Shown here piece by piece: positions 9,645 to 20,744 of a DNA stretch of 64,000 nucleotides. The stretch's first letter is position 1, and every line of letters begins with the position of its first letter. The notes beneath the pieces are model-generated. The model saw only the letters and a list, made by a program, of their open reading frames with translations, was not told where the DNA came from and did no database searches. The translations under genes and the position numbers were made by a program. The DNA is taken from NCBI GenBank assembly GCA_964392175.1, contig CAYMOJ010000006.1, positions 2,080 through 66,079 of the forward strand, in the 5' to 3' direction. Source of the DNA: an uncultured Ruminococcus sp. (GTDB lineage Bacteria > Bacillota > Clostridia > Oscillospirales > Ruminococcaceae).

Positions 9645-10587
9645 TTTCTCCATCCTCCTGTTCGATATCGCCAGTTGCCTCGCGGTCAAACAACGCCTCT
9701 ACAAAATCCTGAGAAGAAAACGCCTGCAAATCATCAATTGATTCGCCCACGCCTATGAGTTTCACAGGAATCTTCAGTTCATTGCAGATAGAAATCACAA
9801 TGCCGCCCTTTGCAGTACCATCAAGCTTTGTCAGCACAATGCCTGTGATGGGCGCAACCTCTTGAAATAATCTTGCCTGATTGACAGCATTCTGCCCTGT
9901 GGTAGCATCCAGCACAAGCAGACATTCCCGCGCACAGCCTTCTGCCTCACGATCAATCACACGATTGATCTTTGCAAGCTCCTGCATCAAGTTTTTCTTG
10001 TTGTGCAATCTGCCGGCAGTATCACAAATTACCACATCACAACCTCTCGCTTTTGCCGCAACCACTGCATCATAGACCACGGCGGCGGGATCGCTGCCCT
10101 CGGCATGACGCACCAAAGATACCCCTGCACGATCTGTCCATACTGCAAGCTGGTCGATGGCGGCGGCACGGAAGGTATCGGCGGCGGCAACCAAAACCTG
10201 CTTGCCCTCGTTTTTCAGTTGATTACACAACTTTCCGATGGTAGTTGTCTTGCCTGCACCGTTCACACCGATCACCAAAATGACCGACGGCTTGGTGGAA
10301 AGGTCAAGGGGCGTATCCTCACCCATCATCTCAGCAACGATCTCCTGAATCAGCCCCATGATATCATTGGGATCGGTAATGCCGCGCTCCTTCACACGGT
10401 CACGGAGCGCATCACAAATCTGCATGGCTGTCTCGGCACCCATATCGCCCATGATCATGGTTTCTTCCAGCTGTTCGAACAGTTCTTCATCGATTTTCGT
10501 AAACGAATGCAACAGACGGCGCATACCCTTGATGACGCTATCTCGGGTTTTTCGCAATCCATCACGAATCTTTGCAAATAAGCCCAT
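9619..10587 (-). CDS. ftsY: Signal recognition particle receptor FtsY
   Basis: GVNGAGKTTTIGKL, DTAGRLHNK and LTKLDGTAKGG SRP-GTPase motifs. Start at 10587 after AAAGGAG. Confidence 0.9.
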   Translation of the reverse strand: MGLFAKIRDGLRKTRDSVIKGMRRLLHSFTKIDEELFEQLEETMIMGDMGAETAMQICDALRDRVKERGITDPNDIMGLIQEIVAEMMGEDTPLDLSTKPSVILVIGVNGAGKTTTIGKLCNQLKNEGKQVLVAAADTFRAAAIDQLAVWTDRAGVSLVRHAEGSDPAAVVYDAVVAAKARGCDVVICDTAGRLHNKKNLMQELAKINRVIDREAEGCARECLLVLDATTGQNAVNQARLFQEVAPITGIVLTKLDGTAKGGIVISICNELKIPVKLIGVGESIDDLQAFSSQDFVEALFDREATGDIEQEDGENAVDSGNE

Positions 10588-10620
10588 AAATGGCTCCTTT
10601 CTTTGCAGCACATCAACACA

Positions 10621-13600
10621 TCAGGATTCTGTCATCGCCATACCATTCTGGTCAAGCCGTAATAATCGGGATACGCCGTCCTCCTGCATGGTCACGCCAT
10701 ACAGCACATTGGCTTCTTCCATGGCACTGCGCCTGTGAGTGATGACCACAAACTGCGTATGGTCAATAAATTTTTGAAGATACTGCGCATATTTTCGCAC
10801 ATTCACTTCATCTAATGCGGCATCGATTTCATCCAGAATGCAAAATGGTGCCGGTCGAAGCTTCAAAATTGCAAAATAGATACAGATCGCCACAAAGGAC
10901 TGCTCTCCACCGGAAAGTGCGATCAGGTTACGGATCACCTTGCCGGGTGGTGCAACGCTAATCTCAATACCCGATTCCAAAATATGATCAGGGTCAGTCA
11001 AAGCCAGTGACGCTGAGCCGCCACCAAACAACTCATGGAAGATCTCACTGAAATAGCGGTTGATGAGGTCAAAGCTTTCGCGGAAGATCCGGCACATATC
11101 CTCGGTAAGCTGCTCAATGAGATGTTCCAGTTCACCTTTTGCCTGCTCGATATCCTTCATTTGCCCTGACAGGAAAGTATATCGCTCGGACACCTCACGA
11201 TATTCATCAATGGCTGCCACATTCACAGACCCAAGTGCACGAATGCGATTTTTGACAGCCGTCAGTGCTGTTTCCGTTTCCCGAAGATCGGTAATCGGCC
11301 GGGCGTAGGTTTCTGCCTCGGAACGAGTCATTTCGTAGGTTTCTTGCAAGCGAAACACCAAATCGTCGATTTCCTTTTGTGCGTTAGCAAGCCGCTCTTC
11401 GGCACGCGAACGTTCTCCCGATTGCTTCTCTCTGGCATCACGCAACTCGTCTATCCCGTCGCGCAAAACACGCGTATAGCGTTCTTTTTCCTCGTGCAAC
11501 GCACGCAAACGGCGGGTTTCCTCTTGAGAAGTGTCGATCTTTTTACGATTTTCCTGCTGCGTCAACAGCAATGTTTGCTTTTCGCGTTCCTTCTGCACGA
11601 CAAATGTCTTTGCCTGCTTCAGTCGCTCCTCCAGATGCTGTCTCTGCTCCTCGGAAGCCTCCATAGACTGCGCCATCACAAGACGATTATGCTGCTCGGT
11701 TTCGATATCTTTCAGCAACTCTGCACGGCGCACTTTACCTACAGAAATCCGATCTGTGCAGGCAACGCGATCCTGCTCAATATCGCTGCGCTGCAAACGG
11801 CTTTCGCTACGCTGCGCTTCTCCTGTGGCAATCTCGGCATCCAATGCTGCAATACGAATTTTTGCCTCTTCACATATCGCCAGTAACTGATCTGCGCGCT
11901 GCTGCAAGCGCTCCACGCGCTGGGCATCCGTTTCCTGCATACGGGAGTCTGCTTCTGCGGTAGCTTGCAATTGCGCTAAAAGACGACGCTTTTCATTGAG
12001 CTGTTCATCGTTTTCAGAGATCAATGCACGCACGCCTTCTGTATCTACCCTGAGCTTATCCCATTCCGCCTTGGCTTTTTCCGCCTCAATGCGCGCCGTT
12101 TGCTGCTCAGCTTCCAATTTTTTCAGATGAGCAGTAGCTTCCTCCATTTCATGCTTACGAGTGATCACACCAGCAGATCTTGCCGCTGAACCACCCGTAA
12201 ACGAGCCGCCTGAATGGATCACCTGACCATCCAAAGTAACGATGCGAAAGCGATATCCGAATTTTTTTGCGATGAGCGTAGCGGAGTCGATATCCTCTGC
12301 AACCGCAATACGCCCCAGCAGACTTTCCATCACATTACGGTAACGCTCCTCAAATCCTACCAAGTCACAGGCAATGGCGACAAATCCGCTGATGCCGTTC
12401 AAATTCTCACGCAGCACACCTCCGCGAATGGTTGTCAGTGGCAAAAAGGTTGCTCTGCCGCCATGGATCTCTTTCAAATAGCGGATGCAGCGTTTGGCGG
12501 CATCTTCATTTTCCACTACCAGATTCTGCAAAGCACCGCCCAGAGCTGTTTCAATGGCGTTACCGTACCGCGGCTCCACGGTGATCAGCTGTGCCACCGT
12601 ACCGTACACGCCGCCCAATCTGCCACCGCCTGCGATCTTTAACACCTGACGCACGCTGCCTGCATAGCCCTCCATATTCTGCTCCAGATCATGCAAAATG
12701 CGCTGCTTCTGCTGCACTTGCCGATACTCTGCGTTCAATTCGGTCAATGCATCTACCGTCTGCTGATATTTCTGCTCCTTGCCTGTAGCCAAGCGATGAA
12801 AGCCCTCGGCGCGGTTCAACAATTCAGTACGCTTTTCCTCCAACGCGCCGCACTCCTGCTGTAAAGTCCGCTCTTTGGAAGCATACTGCTGCAAACGCTC
12901 GGCAAGGCTTATAGATTCTTCCTTTGCCTTACGCACTTGTTCTGAGGCATCACGATAGTCATTTTCTGCGGTTTGCAGGCGTACACGTTGTTCACTTTGC
13001 TGCAAAACAAGCCGACTCAGTGCATCATCCTGCACTCGTGCTTTCGTATCTGCTGACGCTGCCTGCTGCTCTGCCTTAGCAAGTGCTTCGGCTGCGGATT
13101 CCAATTCTGCTTCCAGCTGCTCCTGCCTTGCCAACAAATCAGTCAGATACGCGTCCTGCTCGGCAATTTTTTGCTCCCATGTAGACGCGGAAAGCGACAA
13201 AGCGCGAAGCTGTTCTCGGCAATCATCCATCGTTTCGGTGCTATGACGGATCTCATTATCGCAGACGGCTATACCCGCAATCAGATTCGCATTTTCCTGC
13301 TCTGCATTGACCACCAATGTTTGCAGCGTTTCAATATCCACAGTTGCTTGCTGCATATCACGATAGGCAAGCTGCAATTTTTCTTCCTCACGGGCAATAT
13401 CGCTTTGTAGATTCTCATACTCTGCCGTAAGCTGCAAGCAACGGTCAGCAAGGCTCTGCATCTGCGCGGAGAGCACTGTCAGGCGGTAATTCCACACGGA
13501 AATTTCCAACTGCTTACGCTCCTCAGCCAGCACCAAAAAGCGCTCCGCCTTTTCCGACTGCACTTTCAGTGGTTCAATTCTGCCTTCCAGCTCCGCTGCA

Positions 13601-14181
13601 ATATCGTTGATGCGCAACAGATTCTCTTGTGCAGCGGCGAGCTTCCGCTCTGCCTCCTGCTTTTTATATCGAAACTTGGATACGCCGGCGGCTTCTTCAA
13701 AAATATCGCGACGTTCATTGGATTTTGCACCCACGATTTCCGCAATGCGTCCCTGCCCAATAATGGCATAACCATCTCTGCCAAGCCCCGTATCCATAAA
13801 CAACTCATTGACATCCTTTAAGCGGACATTTTTACCATTGATAAGATACTCGCTGTCTCCGTTACGATACAGCTTACGGGTCACGGCAACTTCATCCTCC
13901 GGGGCAGAAAGTGCATGGTCGCTGTTGTCTATAGTCAGCGTAACGGCTGCAAATCCAACTGGTTTGCGGGTAGATGTACCGGAAAAAATAACATCTTCCA
14001 TGCTTTTTCCGCGCAATTCCTTCGTGGATTGCTCACCCAACACCCAACGCACCGCATCACCGATATTACTCTTGCCACTACCATTTGGGCCTACCACGGC
14101 AGTCATGCCCTCATCAAAGGTTAGCCGAATCTTATCGGGAAAAGACTTAAAGCCATGCAATTCCAACGATTTGAGGTACAT
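10621..14181 (-). CDS. smc: Chromosome segregation protein SMC
   Basis: About 1186 aa. Walker A GPNGSGKSN, long coiled coils, hinge, LSGGEQ signature, Walker B ILDEIDAALD. Confidence 0.95.
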   Translation of the reverse strand: MYLKSLELHGFKSFPDKIRLTFDEGMTAVVGPNGSGKSNIGDAVRWVLGEQSTKELRGKSMEDVIFSGTSTRKPVGFAAVTLTIDNSDHALSAPEDEVAVTRKLYRNGDSEYLINGKNVRLKDVNELFMDTGLGRDGYAIIGQGRIAEIVGAKSNERRDIFEEAAGVSKFRYKKQEAERKLAAAQENLLRINDIAAELEGRIEPLKVQSEKAERFLVLAEERKQLEISVWNYRLTVLSAQMQSLADRCLQLTAEYENLQSDIAREEEKLQLAYRDMQQATVDIETLQTLVVNAEQENANLIAGIAVCDNEIRHSTETMDDCREQLRALSLSASTWEQKIAEQDAYLTDLLARQEQLEAELESAAEALAKAEQQAASADTKARVQDDALSRLVLQQSEQRVRLQTAENDYRDASEQVRKAKEESISLAERLQQYASKERTLQQECGALEEKRTELLNRAEGFHRLATGKEQKYQQTVDALTELNAEYRQVQQKQRILHDLEQNMEGYAGSVRQVLKIAGGGRLGGVYGTVAQLITVEPRYGNAIETALGGALQNLVVENEDAAKRCIRYLKEIHGGRATFLPLTTIRGGVLRENLNGISGFVAIACDLVGFEERYRNVMESLLGRIAVAEDIDSATLIAKKFGYRFRIVTLDGQVIHSGGSFTGGSAARSAGVITRKHEMEEATAHLKKLEAEQQTARIEAEKAKAEWDKLRVDTEGVRALISENDEQLNEKRRLLAQLQATAEADSRMQETDAQRVERLQQRADQLLAICEEAKIRIAALDAEIATGEAQRSESRLQRSDIEQDRVACTDRISVGKVRRAELLKDIETEQHNRLVMAQSMEASEEQRQHLEERLKQAKTFVVQKEREKQTLLLTQQENRKKIDTSQEETRRLRALHEEKERYTRVLRDGIDELRDAREKQSGERSRAEERLANAQKEIDDLVFRLQETYEMTRSEAETYARPITDLRETETALTAVKNRIRALGSVNVAAIDEYREVSERYTFLSGQMKDIEQAKGELEHLIEQLTEDMCRIFRESFDLINRYFSEIFHELFGGGSASLALTDPDHILESGIEISVAPPGKVIRNLIALSGGEQSFVAICIYFAILKLRPAPFCILDEIDAALDEVNVRKYAQYLQKFIDHTQFVVITHRRSAMEEANVLYGVTMQEDGVSRLLRLDQNGMAMTES

Positions 14182-14214
14182 TTCTGCGTTCACGCTCCTT
14201 GTGTCCGCGGTGCA

Positions 14215-14913
14215 TCAAACCTCAGGAGTGACCCCCATCAGTGCCAATGCTTCCTTGGCAGCCATCTGCTCCGCAATTTTTTTACTCTTACCGGTACCCC
14301 TGCCAATCACATTAGAATTCAGGCGCACCTCCATATGGAAGGACTTTGCATGATCAGGGCCTTCCTCCCCCACCAGAACATATTGCACGTGTTCCTCCGG
14401 ATTCCGTTGGATCACCTCTTGCAGCGCGGTTTTATAATCATAGAATGCCTCGGTGGTGCGATCAAAATGTTCAGGCAAAAAGCGCAGGATATGCGCCTTT
14501 GCAGGTTCCATGCCGCCATCCAAAAAGATCGCTGCGATGACCGCCTCAAAGGCATCGGCAAGAATCGAAGGACGATTTCTGCCACCCGATTGCTCCTCGC
14601 CATGCCCAAGCAGTAAAAACTCGCCCAATCCAATCCTCTGCGCCCAGCCATACAGTGAGCGCTCACACACCAAGGAGGCACGCAATTTGGTCAACTCCCC
14701 TTCCGGCAGATGGGTACAGTGGACAAAAATATGCTCGGAAACCACAATGGACAGCACGCTATCGCCCAAAAACTCTAATCGCTCATTACAACGAATCCGC
14801 TTGTGCTGTTCATGATGATACGATGAATGACAGAGTGCTTCCGTTAACAAGACGGGATCTTGAAAATGATATCCGATGCGCTCTTCCAGCACAGTTTGCT
14901 CCAGATTTGCCAT
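14215..14913 (-). CDS. rnc: Ribonuclease III
   Basis: NERLEFLGDSVL signature and a C-terminal dsRBD (GTGKSKKIAEQMAAKEAL). Confidence 0.9.
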   Translation of the reverse strand: MANLEQTVLEERIGYHFQDPVLLTEALCHSSYHHEQHKRIRCNERLEFLGDSVLSIVVSEHIFVHCTHLPEGELTKLRASLVCERSLYGWAQRIGLGEFLLLGHGEEQSGGRNRPSILADAFEAVIAAIFLDGGMEPAKAHILRFLPEHFDRTTEAFYDYKTALQEVIQRNPEEHVQYVLVGEEGPDHAKSFHMEVRLNSNVIGRGTGKSKKIAEQMAAKEALALMGVTPEV

Positions 14914-14925
14914 AGTCTGCTCCTT

Positions 14926-15936
14926 TTAGCTTTCTGTCTGCTTGCTACGCAGCTTTTGTGCAGCAAGTGCTTCGGTAATGGTTTCTACAATCTGACCTTC
15001 CACACAAGTTTTCGCCTGGCGAATCGCATGGAACATCGCGCCTCCATCGGAGCTGCCATGCCCCTTAATCACGGGATATGCAATGCCCAACAGCACTGCA
15101 CCGCCCACCTTTTTATAATCCATGGAATCACGGAAAGCACGCAGCTTATTCATGATAAACAATGCGCCGATTTTTCCAAGCCCCGTAAACATCGCTTTCA
15201 TTTTCTTCGCAAAAAACGATCCCAGTCCTTCGTACAACTTCAGCACAATATTGCCTGTAAAGCCATCGGTAACCAGCACCTGGCAATTGCCGGAGGGCAC
15301 CTCTCTTGCCTCGATATTGCCATAAAAATGCAGGTCAGAGTCCTTCAGCAGAGCATATGTCTGCTGTTCCAACGTTCTGCCCTTGCACTCCTCAGTGCCA
15401 TTGTTAATCAGCCCAACTTTCGGCTCTTTGACTCCCATGACCTTTTCCATATACACGCTACCCATCATTGCAAACTGCAACAACATTTCCGGACGGCATT
15501 CTACATTTGCGCCTGCGTCCATCAAAATGGCATGCCCGTTGGCTGTAGGCAATACCGGTGCCATAGCAGGTCGTTGAATCCCTTTGATTCTGCGAGTAAG
15601 CATGGTAGCACCAACCAACAGCGCACCTGAATTACCCGCAGACACAAAGGCATCGCCCTTTCCCTCACGCAAAGCCTTCAGCCCGATTGCCATAGAGGAA
15701 TTTTCTTTCGTTTTCACAATATCCGTAGGGGTATCATGCATGGTGATGACCTCCTCGGTATGCAAAATTTCGATGTTGTCCATCGCGTAGCCCTGCTCTT
15801 TGGCAATCGCGTTGATCTGTTTCTCATCTCCGCAAAGCACAACCTGCACGCCCAGTTCCTTGACGGCACGCACGGCACCTTCCAAAGGTGCAGCAGGAGC
15901 GTTATCGCCGCCCATTGCATCCACAATAATCCGCAT
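14926..15936 (-). CDS. plsX: Phosphate acyltransferase PlsX
   Basis: MRIIVDAMGGDNAP N-terminus. Start at 15936 after AAAGGAGAA. Confidence 0.9.
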   Translation of the reverse strand: MRIIVDAMGGDNAPAAPLEGAVRAVKELGVQVVLCGDEKQINAIAKEQGYAMDNIEILHTEEVITMHDTPTDIVKTKENSSMAIGLKALREGKGDAFVSAGNSGALLVGATMLTRRIKGIQRPAMAPVLPTANGHAILMDAGANVECRPEMLLQFAMMGSVYMEKVMGVKEPKVGLINNGTEECKGRTLEQQTYALLKDSDLHFYGNIEAREVPSGNCQVLVTDGFTGNIVLKLYEGLGSFFAKKMKAMFTGLGKIGALFIMNKLRAFRDSMDYKKVGGAVLLGIAYPVIKGHGSSDGGAMFHAIRQAKTCVEGQIVETITEALAAQKLRSKQTES

Positions 15937-15956
15937 TGACTGATTCTCCTTTCCCA

Positions 15957-17312
15957 TCAAAACACGGCACTGATCTGTGCAAGTTTTGTGGTTTCTACGG
16001 TCATATCCGCAGCTGCCAGTGCTGCATCCAAGGCAGCAAGGGCACGATCGGCATATGCCTGATATTTTTTCTGTTTATCACGATACCGCAAAGTCAGCAT
16101 GGGCAAAAGCCCCATATTTGCGCCCATCGGCTGTAAATTCTCCTGCAACGGGTCGGTAATATATGCAATCAGTGCGCCCAGCATGGTTTCGTTGGGCAGC
16201 ACAAGCGGCGATTGTCCTCTCACACTACGAATCAGATTCCACGCTGCCAGCAAACCACTGCCTGCGGATTCCATATAACCTTCCACGCCGGTCATTTGCC
16301 CTGCAAAGCGAATGCGCGTCTGTTCACGCAAAGCAAGCCCTGCGTTCAACAGCTTGGGACTATTCAAAAAGCTATTGCGGTGCATCACACCATAGCGAAC
16401 AAACTCAGCATTATGCAACGCAGGAATCATCGAAAACACGCGCTTCTGCTCACCAAATTTGAGATTTGTCTGAAATCCTACGAGATTCCATAGCGTACCC
16501 TCACGATTCTCACTGCGCAGTTGCAGCACAGCATATGGTCGTTTTCCGCTACGCGGATCAGCAAGACCCACGGGCTTGAGCATTCCATAGCGAATGGAAT
16601 CCTCACCGCGCTTTGCCAACACCTCAACGGGCATACAGCCCTCGTAAACGCGCATCCGTTCTTGCTCAAAATCATGCAAGGGTGCTGTTTCAGCATGGAT
16701 CAAGGCATCGTGAAACGCCAAATATTCATCACGATCCATAGGGCAATTGAGATAATCGTCGCCACCCTTGCCGTAGCGCGATGCAAAGAACGCATAGTCC
16801 ATATCCACGCTTTCGCGAGTCACGATGGGGGCTGCAGCATCATAAAAATACAGTGATTCCCCTGTCAACGCGGCAATTGGTTCATGCAAAGCTTCAGAGG
16901 TCAACGGCCCTGTTGCAATGATCACCTCACCTTTGGGAATACAATGCAACTCCTCACGCACGACTGTAATATTCGGGTGGGACTGTATGCGTCTCGTCAC
17001 CAACGCTGAAAATGCATCTCTGTCTACAGCCAGCGCACCACCTGCTTCTACGGCGCATTGCTTGGCGCAAGGCACCAGTAACGAACCCAGGCGTGTCATT
17101 TCCTCTTTCAATAGCCCCGCTGCTGAGTCCACACGAGAGGCCTTCAGCGAATTCGAGCAGACCAACTCCGCAAAATCAGGGGAATGGTGGGCAGGAGAAA
17201 ACCGATGGGGCTTCATCTCATACAGCGTGACGGCAAAACCATTGTTGGCAAGCACCCATGCGGCTTCGCAGCCTGCCATACCTGCGCCGACAACCGTTAC
17301 TTTTCCACTCAT
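15957..17312 (-). CDS. trmFO: Methylenetetrahydrofolate--tRNA-(uracil-5-)-methyltransferase TrmFO
   Basis: VVGAGMAGCEAA FAD motif, Gid/TrmFO-type length (451 aa). Follows topA with a 4-nt overlap. Confidence 0.9.
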   Translation of the reverse strand: MSGKVTVVGAGMAGCEAAWVLANNGFAVTLYEMKPHRFSPAHHSPDFAELVCSNSLKASRVDSAAGLLKEEMTRLGSLLVPCAKQCAVEAGGALAVDRDAFSALVTRRIQSHPNITVVREELHCIPKGEVIIATGPLTSEALHEPIAALTGESLYFYDAAAPIVTRESVDMDYAFFASRYGKGGDDYLNCPMDRDEYLAFHDALIHAETAPLHDFEQERMRVYEGCMPVEVLAKRGEDSIRYGMLKPVGLADPRSGKRPYAVLQLRSENREGTLWNLVGFQTNLKFGEQKRVFSMIPALHNAEFVRYGVMHRNSFLNSPKLLNAGLALREQTRIRFAGQMTGVEGYMESAGSGLLAAWNLIRSVRGQSPLVLPNETMLGALIAYITDPLQENLQPMGANMGLLPMLTLRYRDKQKKYQAYADRALAALDAALAAADMTVETTKLAQISAVF

Positions 17313-19387
17313 AACGGACGCTCATAGCCACAATCGGGCTTTTCACAAAGGAATTTTCCTGCCTTGCCACCTTTGCGGAACAATGTGCTGCCACACTTCG
17401 GGCAACGTTCCTCAACGGGCACATTCCATGTCATAAATTCACACTGCGGATAGCTGCTGCATCCGTAGAAATTCCTGCCGGTTTTGGTTTTCTTTTGTAT
17501 GATACGGCTGCCGCACTTGGGGCAAAATCCCTGCGTTGGAGTTACAATTTTTTTCGTATTGCGACACTCCGGGAAGCCACTGCACGCCAAAAATTTACCA
17601 AATCTACCGATCTTTACAACCATGGGCTTACCGCAAAGTTCGCACACCTCGGAGGTTTCCTCATCCGGCACACGCATACGCTTGCCTTCCATAGCGATCT
17701 CGGCCTTCGAAAGTGTGGCTGAAAAATCCTGATAGAACACGCGCAATGAATCCACCCAGTCCTTATCGCCGCGCTCTACATCGTCCAGATCCTGCTCCAT
17801 AGCGGCGGTAAACTTAGAATCCACGATACGCTTAAAATGCTCCTTCATCAACTGTGTTGTCACCTCACCCAATGATGTGGGACGCAACTGTTTGCCCTCG
17901 CGCTCCACATACATTCTGGAAAGTATGGTAGAGATGGTAGGTGCATAGGTACTAGGTCGCCCGATGCCGTTCTCCTCAAGTGCCTTGATCAACGTGGCTT
18001 CTGTATAGCGGGAGGGTGGCTGCGTAAAGTGCTGATTTCCATCCAATGCCTTAATTTTCAGGGTATCGCCCTTTTCCAACGGTGGCAATTCCTTGTTCTC
18101 TTCCTCAGAAGCGGTATCCTTCGCTTCTTCATATAACTTTGTAAAGCCGTCAAACTTGACACGGAAGCCGGACGCACGGAACAAGCAATCATCCGCCATA
18201 ATATCTACTGAAACAGTATCATGCTGTGCATTTGCCATCTGGCTTGCGATAAAGCGTTCCCAAATCAACTTATACAGCTTGTACTGGTCAGAAGTCAGAC
18301 TTTCCTTGACCTGATTGGGCGTCAGTGACGGCATAGAGGGACGAATGGCTTCGTGGGCATCTTGCGCATTGCGCTTGGATTTGAATATTCTGGGTGTGGG
18401 GGGCAGATACTGCTTCCCGTAGGTATTGAGAATATACTCAGCAGCCGCTGCCTTGGCCTCATCGGAAACACGCAGACTATCGGTACGCATATAGGTGATT
18501 AGACCGACCGCGCCCAGCTGTGGCAATTCCACGCCCTCATAAAGCTCCTGTGCGGCTTTCATGGTACGGCGTGCATTGAAACCCATGCGACGGGAAGCCT
18601 CCTGCTGCAAAGTGGAGGTAATAAAGGGTGGTGCAGGCTGACGAGATGTCACACGCTTTTTGACCGCTTGCACAACAAAGGAGGCAGCCTCCAGCTTATG
18701 CAAAACCGCATCAGACTCCGCTTGCGTGGCAAGTTCCGCCTTTTTGCCACCGATTTCCAGCAAACGGGCAGAAAAAATCTTACGGGAAGACGGTGCTGCA
18801 AGCTTTGCATCAATCGTCCAATATTCCTTGGCGGTAAATGCGCGGATCTCCTCCTCACGATCTACCACCAAACGCACTGCCACCGACTGCACTCTACCGG
18901 CAGACAGTCCACGACGGATTTTTTTCCACAAAAATGGAGAGAGTTGATACCCCACAATGCGGTCGAGAATACGGCGCGCCTGCTGTGCATTCACCAGATC
19001 CTGATCAATTTTATGGGGATTTGCCATGCCATTTTGCACACCGGTTTTTGTGATTTCGTTGAACTCTACGCGATTGTTTTCATTCAGATCCATGTTAAGG
19101 ATCTGCGCCAAATGCCAAGAAATGGCTTCTCCTTCGCGATCAGGGTCCGTTGCAAGCCATACGCGTTCACTCTTTTGGGCACGCTTCTTCAGGTCACGGA
19201 TGGTATCCTCCTTGCCTTTCATCTCCTGATAGAGTGGTGCAAAATCGTTTTCGATATCAACACCCAGCTTCGATTTCGGTAGGTCGCGGATATGGCCCAT
19301 AGAAGCCACGACTTCAAAACCGCTGCCCAGATATTTCTGTATGGTTTTCGCCTTTGCGGGTGACTCTACAATTACAAGCTGTGACAT
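17309..19387 (-). CDS. topA: DNA topoisomerase I
   Basis: LVIVESPAKAKTI Toprim start and C-terminal Cys4 zinc ribbons (CELCGKPM, CPKCGS). Confidence 0.95.
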   Translation of the reverse strand: MSQLVIVESPAKAKTIQKYLGSGFEVVASMGHIRDLPKSKLGVDIENDFAPLYQEMKGKEDTIRDLKKRAQKSERVWLATDPDREGEAISWHLAQILNMDLNENNRVEFNEITKTGVQNGMANPHKIDQDLVNAQQARRILDRIVGYQLSPFLWKKIRRGLSAGRVQSVAVRLVVDREEEIRAFTAKEYWTIDAKLAAPSSRKIFSARLLEIGGKKAELATQAESDAVLHKLEAASFVVQAVKKRVTSRQPAPPFITSTLQQEASRRMGFNARRTMKAAQELYEGVELPQLGAVGLITYMRTDSLRVSDEAKAAAAEYILNTYGKQYLPPTPRIFKSKRNAQDAHEAIRPSMPSLTPNQVKESLTSDQYKLYKLIWERFIASQMANAQHDTVSVDIMADDCLFRASGFRVKFDGFTKLYEEAKDTASEEENKELPPLEKGDTLKIKALDGNQHFTQPPSRYTEATLIKALEENGIGRPSTYAPTISTILSRMYVEREGKQLRPTSLGEVTTQLMKEHFKRIVDSKFTAAMEQDLDDVERGDKDWVDSLRVFYQDFSATLSKAEIAMEGKRMRVPDEETSEVCELCGKPMVVKIGRFGKFLACSGFPECRNTKKIVTPTQGFCPKCGSRIIQKKTKTGRNFYGCSSYPQCEFMTWNVPVEERCPKCGSTLFRKGGKAGKFLCEKPDCGYERPL

Positions 19388-19453
19388 ATACTTTGTTCGT
19401 TCCTTTCTCAACCACAAATAAATCCTAGCAATTTGGCAGATGGATACCACGCA

Positions 19454-20728
19454 TCACAGGGCACGATATTGCTTGCCAAAAAGTGATTCCACATAACCGT
19501 CCAACTCCAGCGACATGAGATCCTCAAGCACATCGCCAAGATTCAAATCCAGCGCATCAGCAATATCATTCACATGGGCATCGCCATGGGTGTGCAGCCA
19601 TTGATAAATACTACGCTCACGCTCTGATTCAGGCAGCGGACGGCAGTTTGCCGCTTCAATCGTTGATGGCGTAGGAGCTTCGGGTACAGGGGGCTCCTCG
19701 CTGAGCGTTTCCCGCGACTTTGCGGAAAATGGCTTTGTTTTTTGCATGACTGATCCTTCGCTGCCGTATATCATCGACTGCGCCGCTGGTACTTCCAGAT
19801 CCGTCAACCGAATTTTGTGCGGCATGGAAAGGTAATATGCATACAGCACATCGTGATGATCAAACAGCGGCATTGCGCCCTCGCGCAGCATCGGAATGAC
19901 ACCTGCATAGCGTGGATCAAACACATCATGGGGTGGCACACAGAACACCGTTTTGCCTTGTTCCAAAGCGCAATTGGCAGTAACCAACGAACCACTTCTT
20001 GCAGACGCTTCCACGACCACGGTACCATAACTCAAGCCACTTAAAATGCGGTTACGCTTTGGAAAATTGGGTGGTATCGGCTGCGTGCCGGGCAAAAACT
20101 CCGAGAGCATCAAGCCTTTTTCATCGGAGAGCATACGATTACGCAGCTCAGTATTATCTTTGGGATAATTCACATTAATGCCGCAACCCAACACGGCAAT
20201 GGTCGGCATATGATATTGCAAAGCAGTACTATGTGCGGTGGCATCAATGCCCGTTGCAAAACCACTAACGATCGTAAATCCGCAGGGAGCGAGCCGTTCA
20301 ACCAGTGTTTGCACGACCTTTTCACTGTAAGGTGACGGTCGCCGTGCACCCACAATCGTCAGTGTCAGTGTTTCCATCAGTTTCAGATTTCCCTGTGCAG
20401 TCAGCAGCACGGGCGGCAAGGGAATATCCCGCAGCAAAGACGGATAACGTGCATCATCCATCGCAATCAACTCAATGTGATTCTTGCTGCAAAAGTACAC
20501 AATGCTTTCTGCCATATTCAGCGAATGCTTCTTCGCCTGCTCCCGATCCTGCGCAGTCAATTCACGGATCTGTGCATTTTGAATTGCATCGTAAAGCAAG
20601 GCTGGGTCACGGTATCTGCGAAGCAGGCGCAGTAAGGTCTGACTGGCAGCACCAAACACCAGCATCAGCCAGACCCAGTAACGCAATTTTTCATTCTGTA
20701 ATGGGTGCGAAGCGGTGGATTCAGGCAT
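19454..20728 (-). CDS. dprA: DNA-processing protein DprA (Smf)
   Basis: SGFATGIDATAH and VLGCGINVNYP Rossmann-like DprA motifs. Conserved dprA-topA order. Start position tentative. Confidence 0.85.
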   Translation of the reverse strand: MPESTASHPLQNEKLRYWVWLMLVFGAASQTLLRLLRRYRDPALLYDAIQNAQIRELTAQDREQAKKHSLNMAESIVYFCSKNHIELIAMDDARYPSLLRDIPLPPVLLTAQGNLKLMETLTLTIVGARRPSPYSEKVVQTLVERLAPCGFTIVSGFATGIDATAHSTALQYHMPTIAVLGCGINVNYPKDNTELRNRMLSDEKGLMLSEFLPGTQPIPPNFPKRNRILSGLSYGTVVVEASARSGSLVTANCALEQGKTVFCVPPHDVFDPRYAGVIPMLREGAMPLFDHHDVLYAYYLSMPHKIRLTDLEVPAAQSMIYGSEGSVMQKTKPFSAKSRETLSEEPPVPEAPTPSTIEAANCRPLPESERERSIYQWLHTHGDAHVNDIADALDLNLGDVLEDLMSLELDGYVESLFGKQYRAL

Positions 20729-20744
20729 AGGCACACCTTCTTTC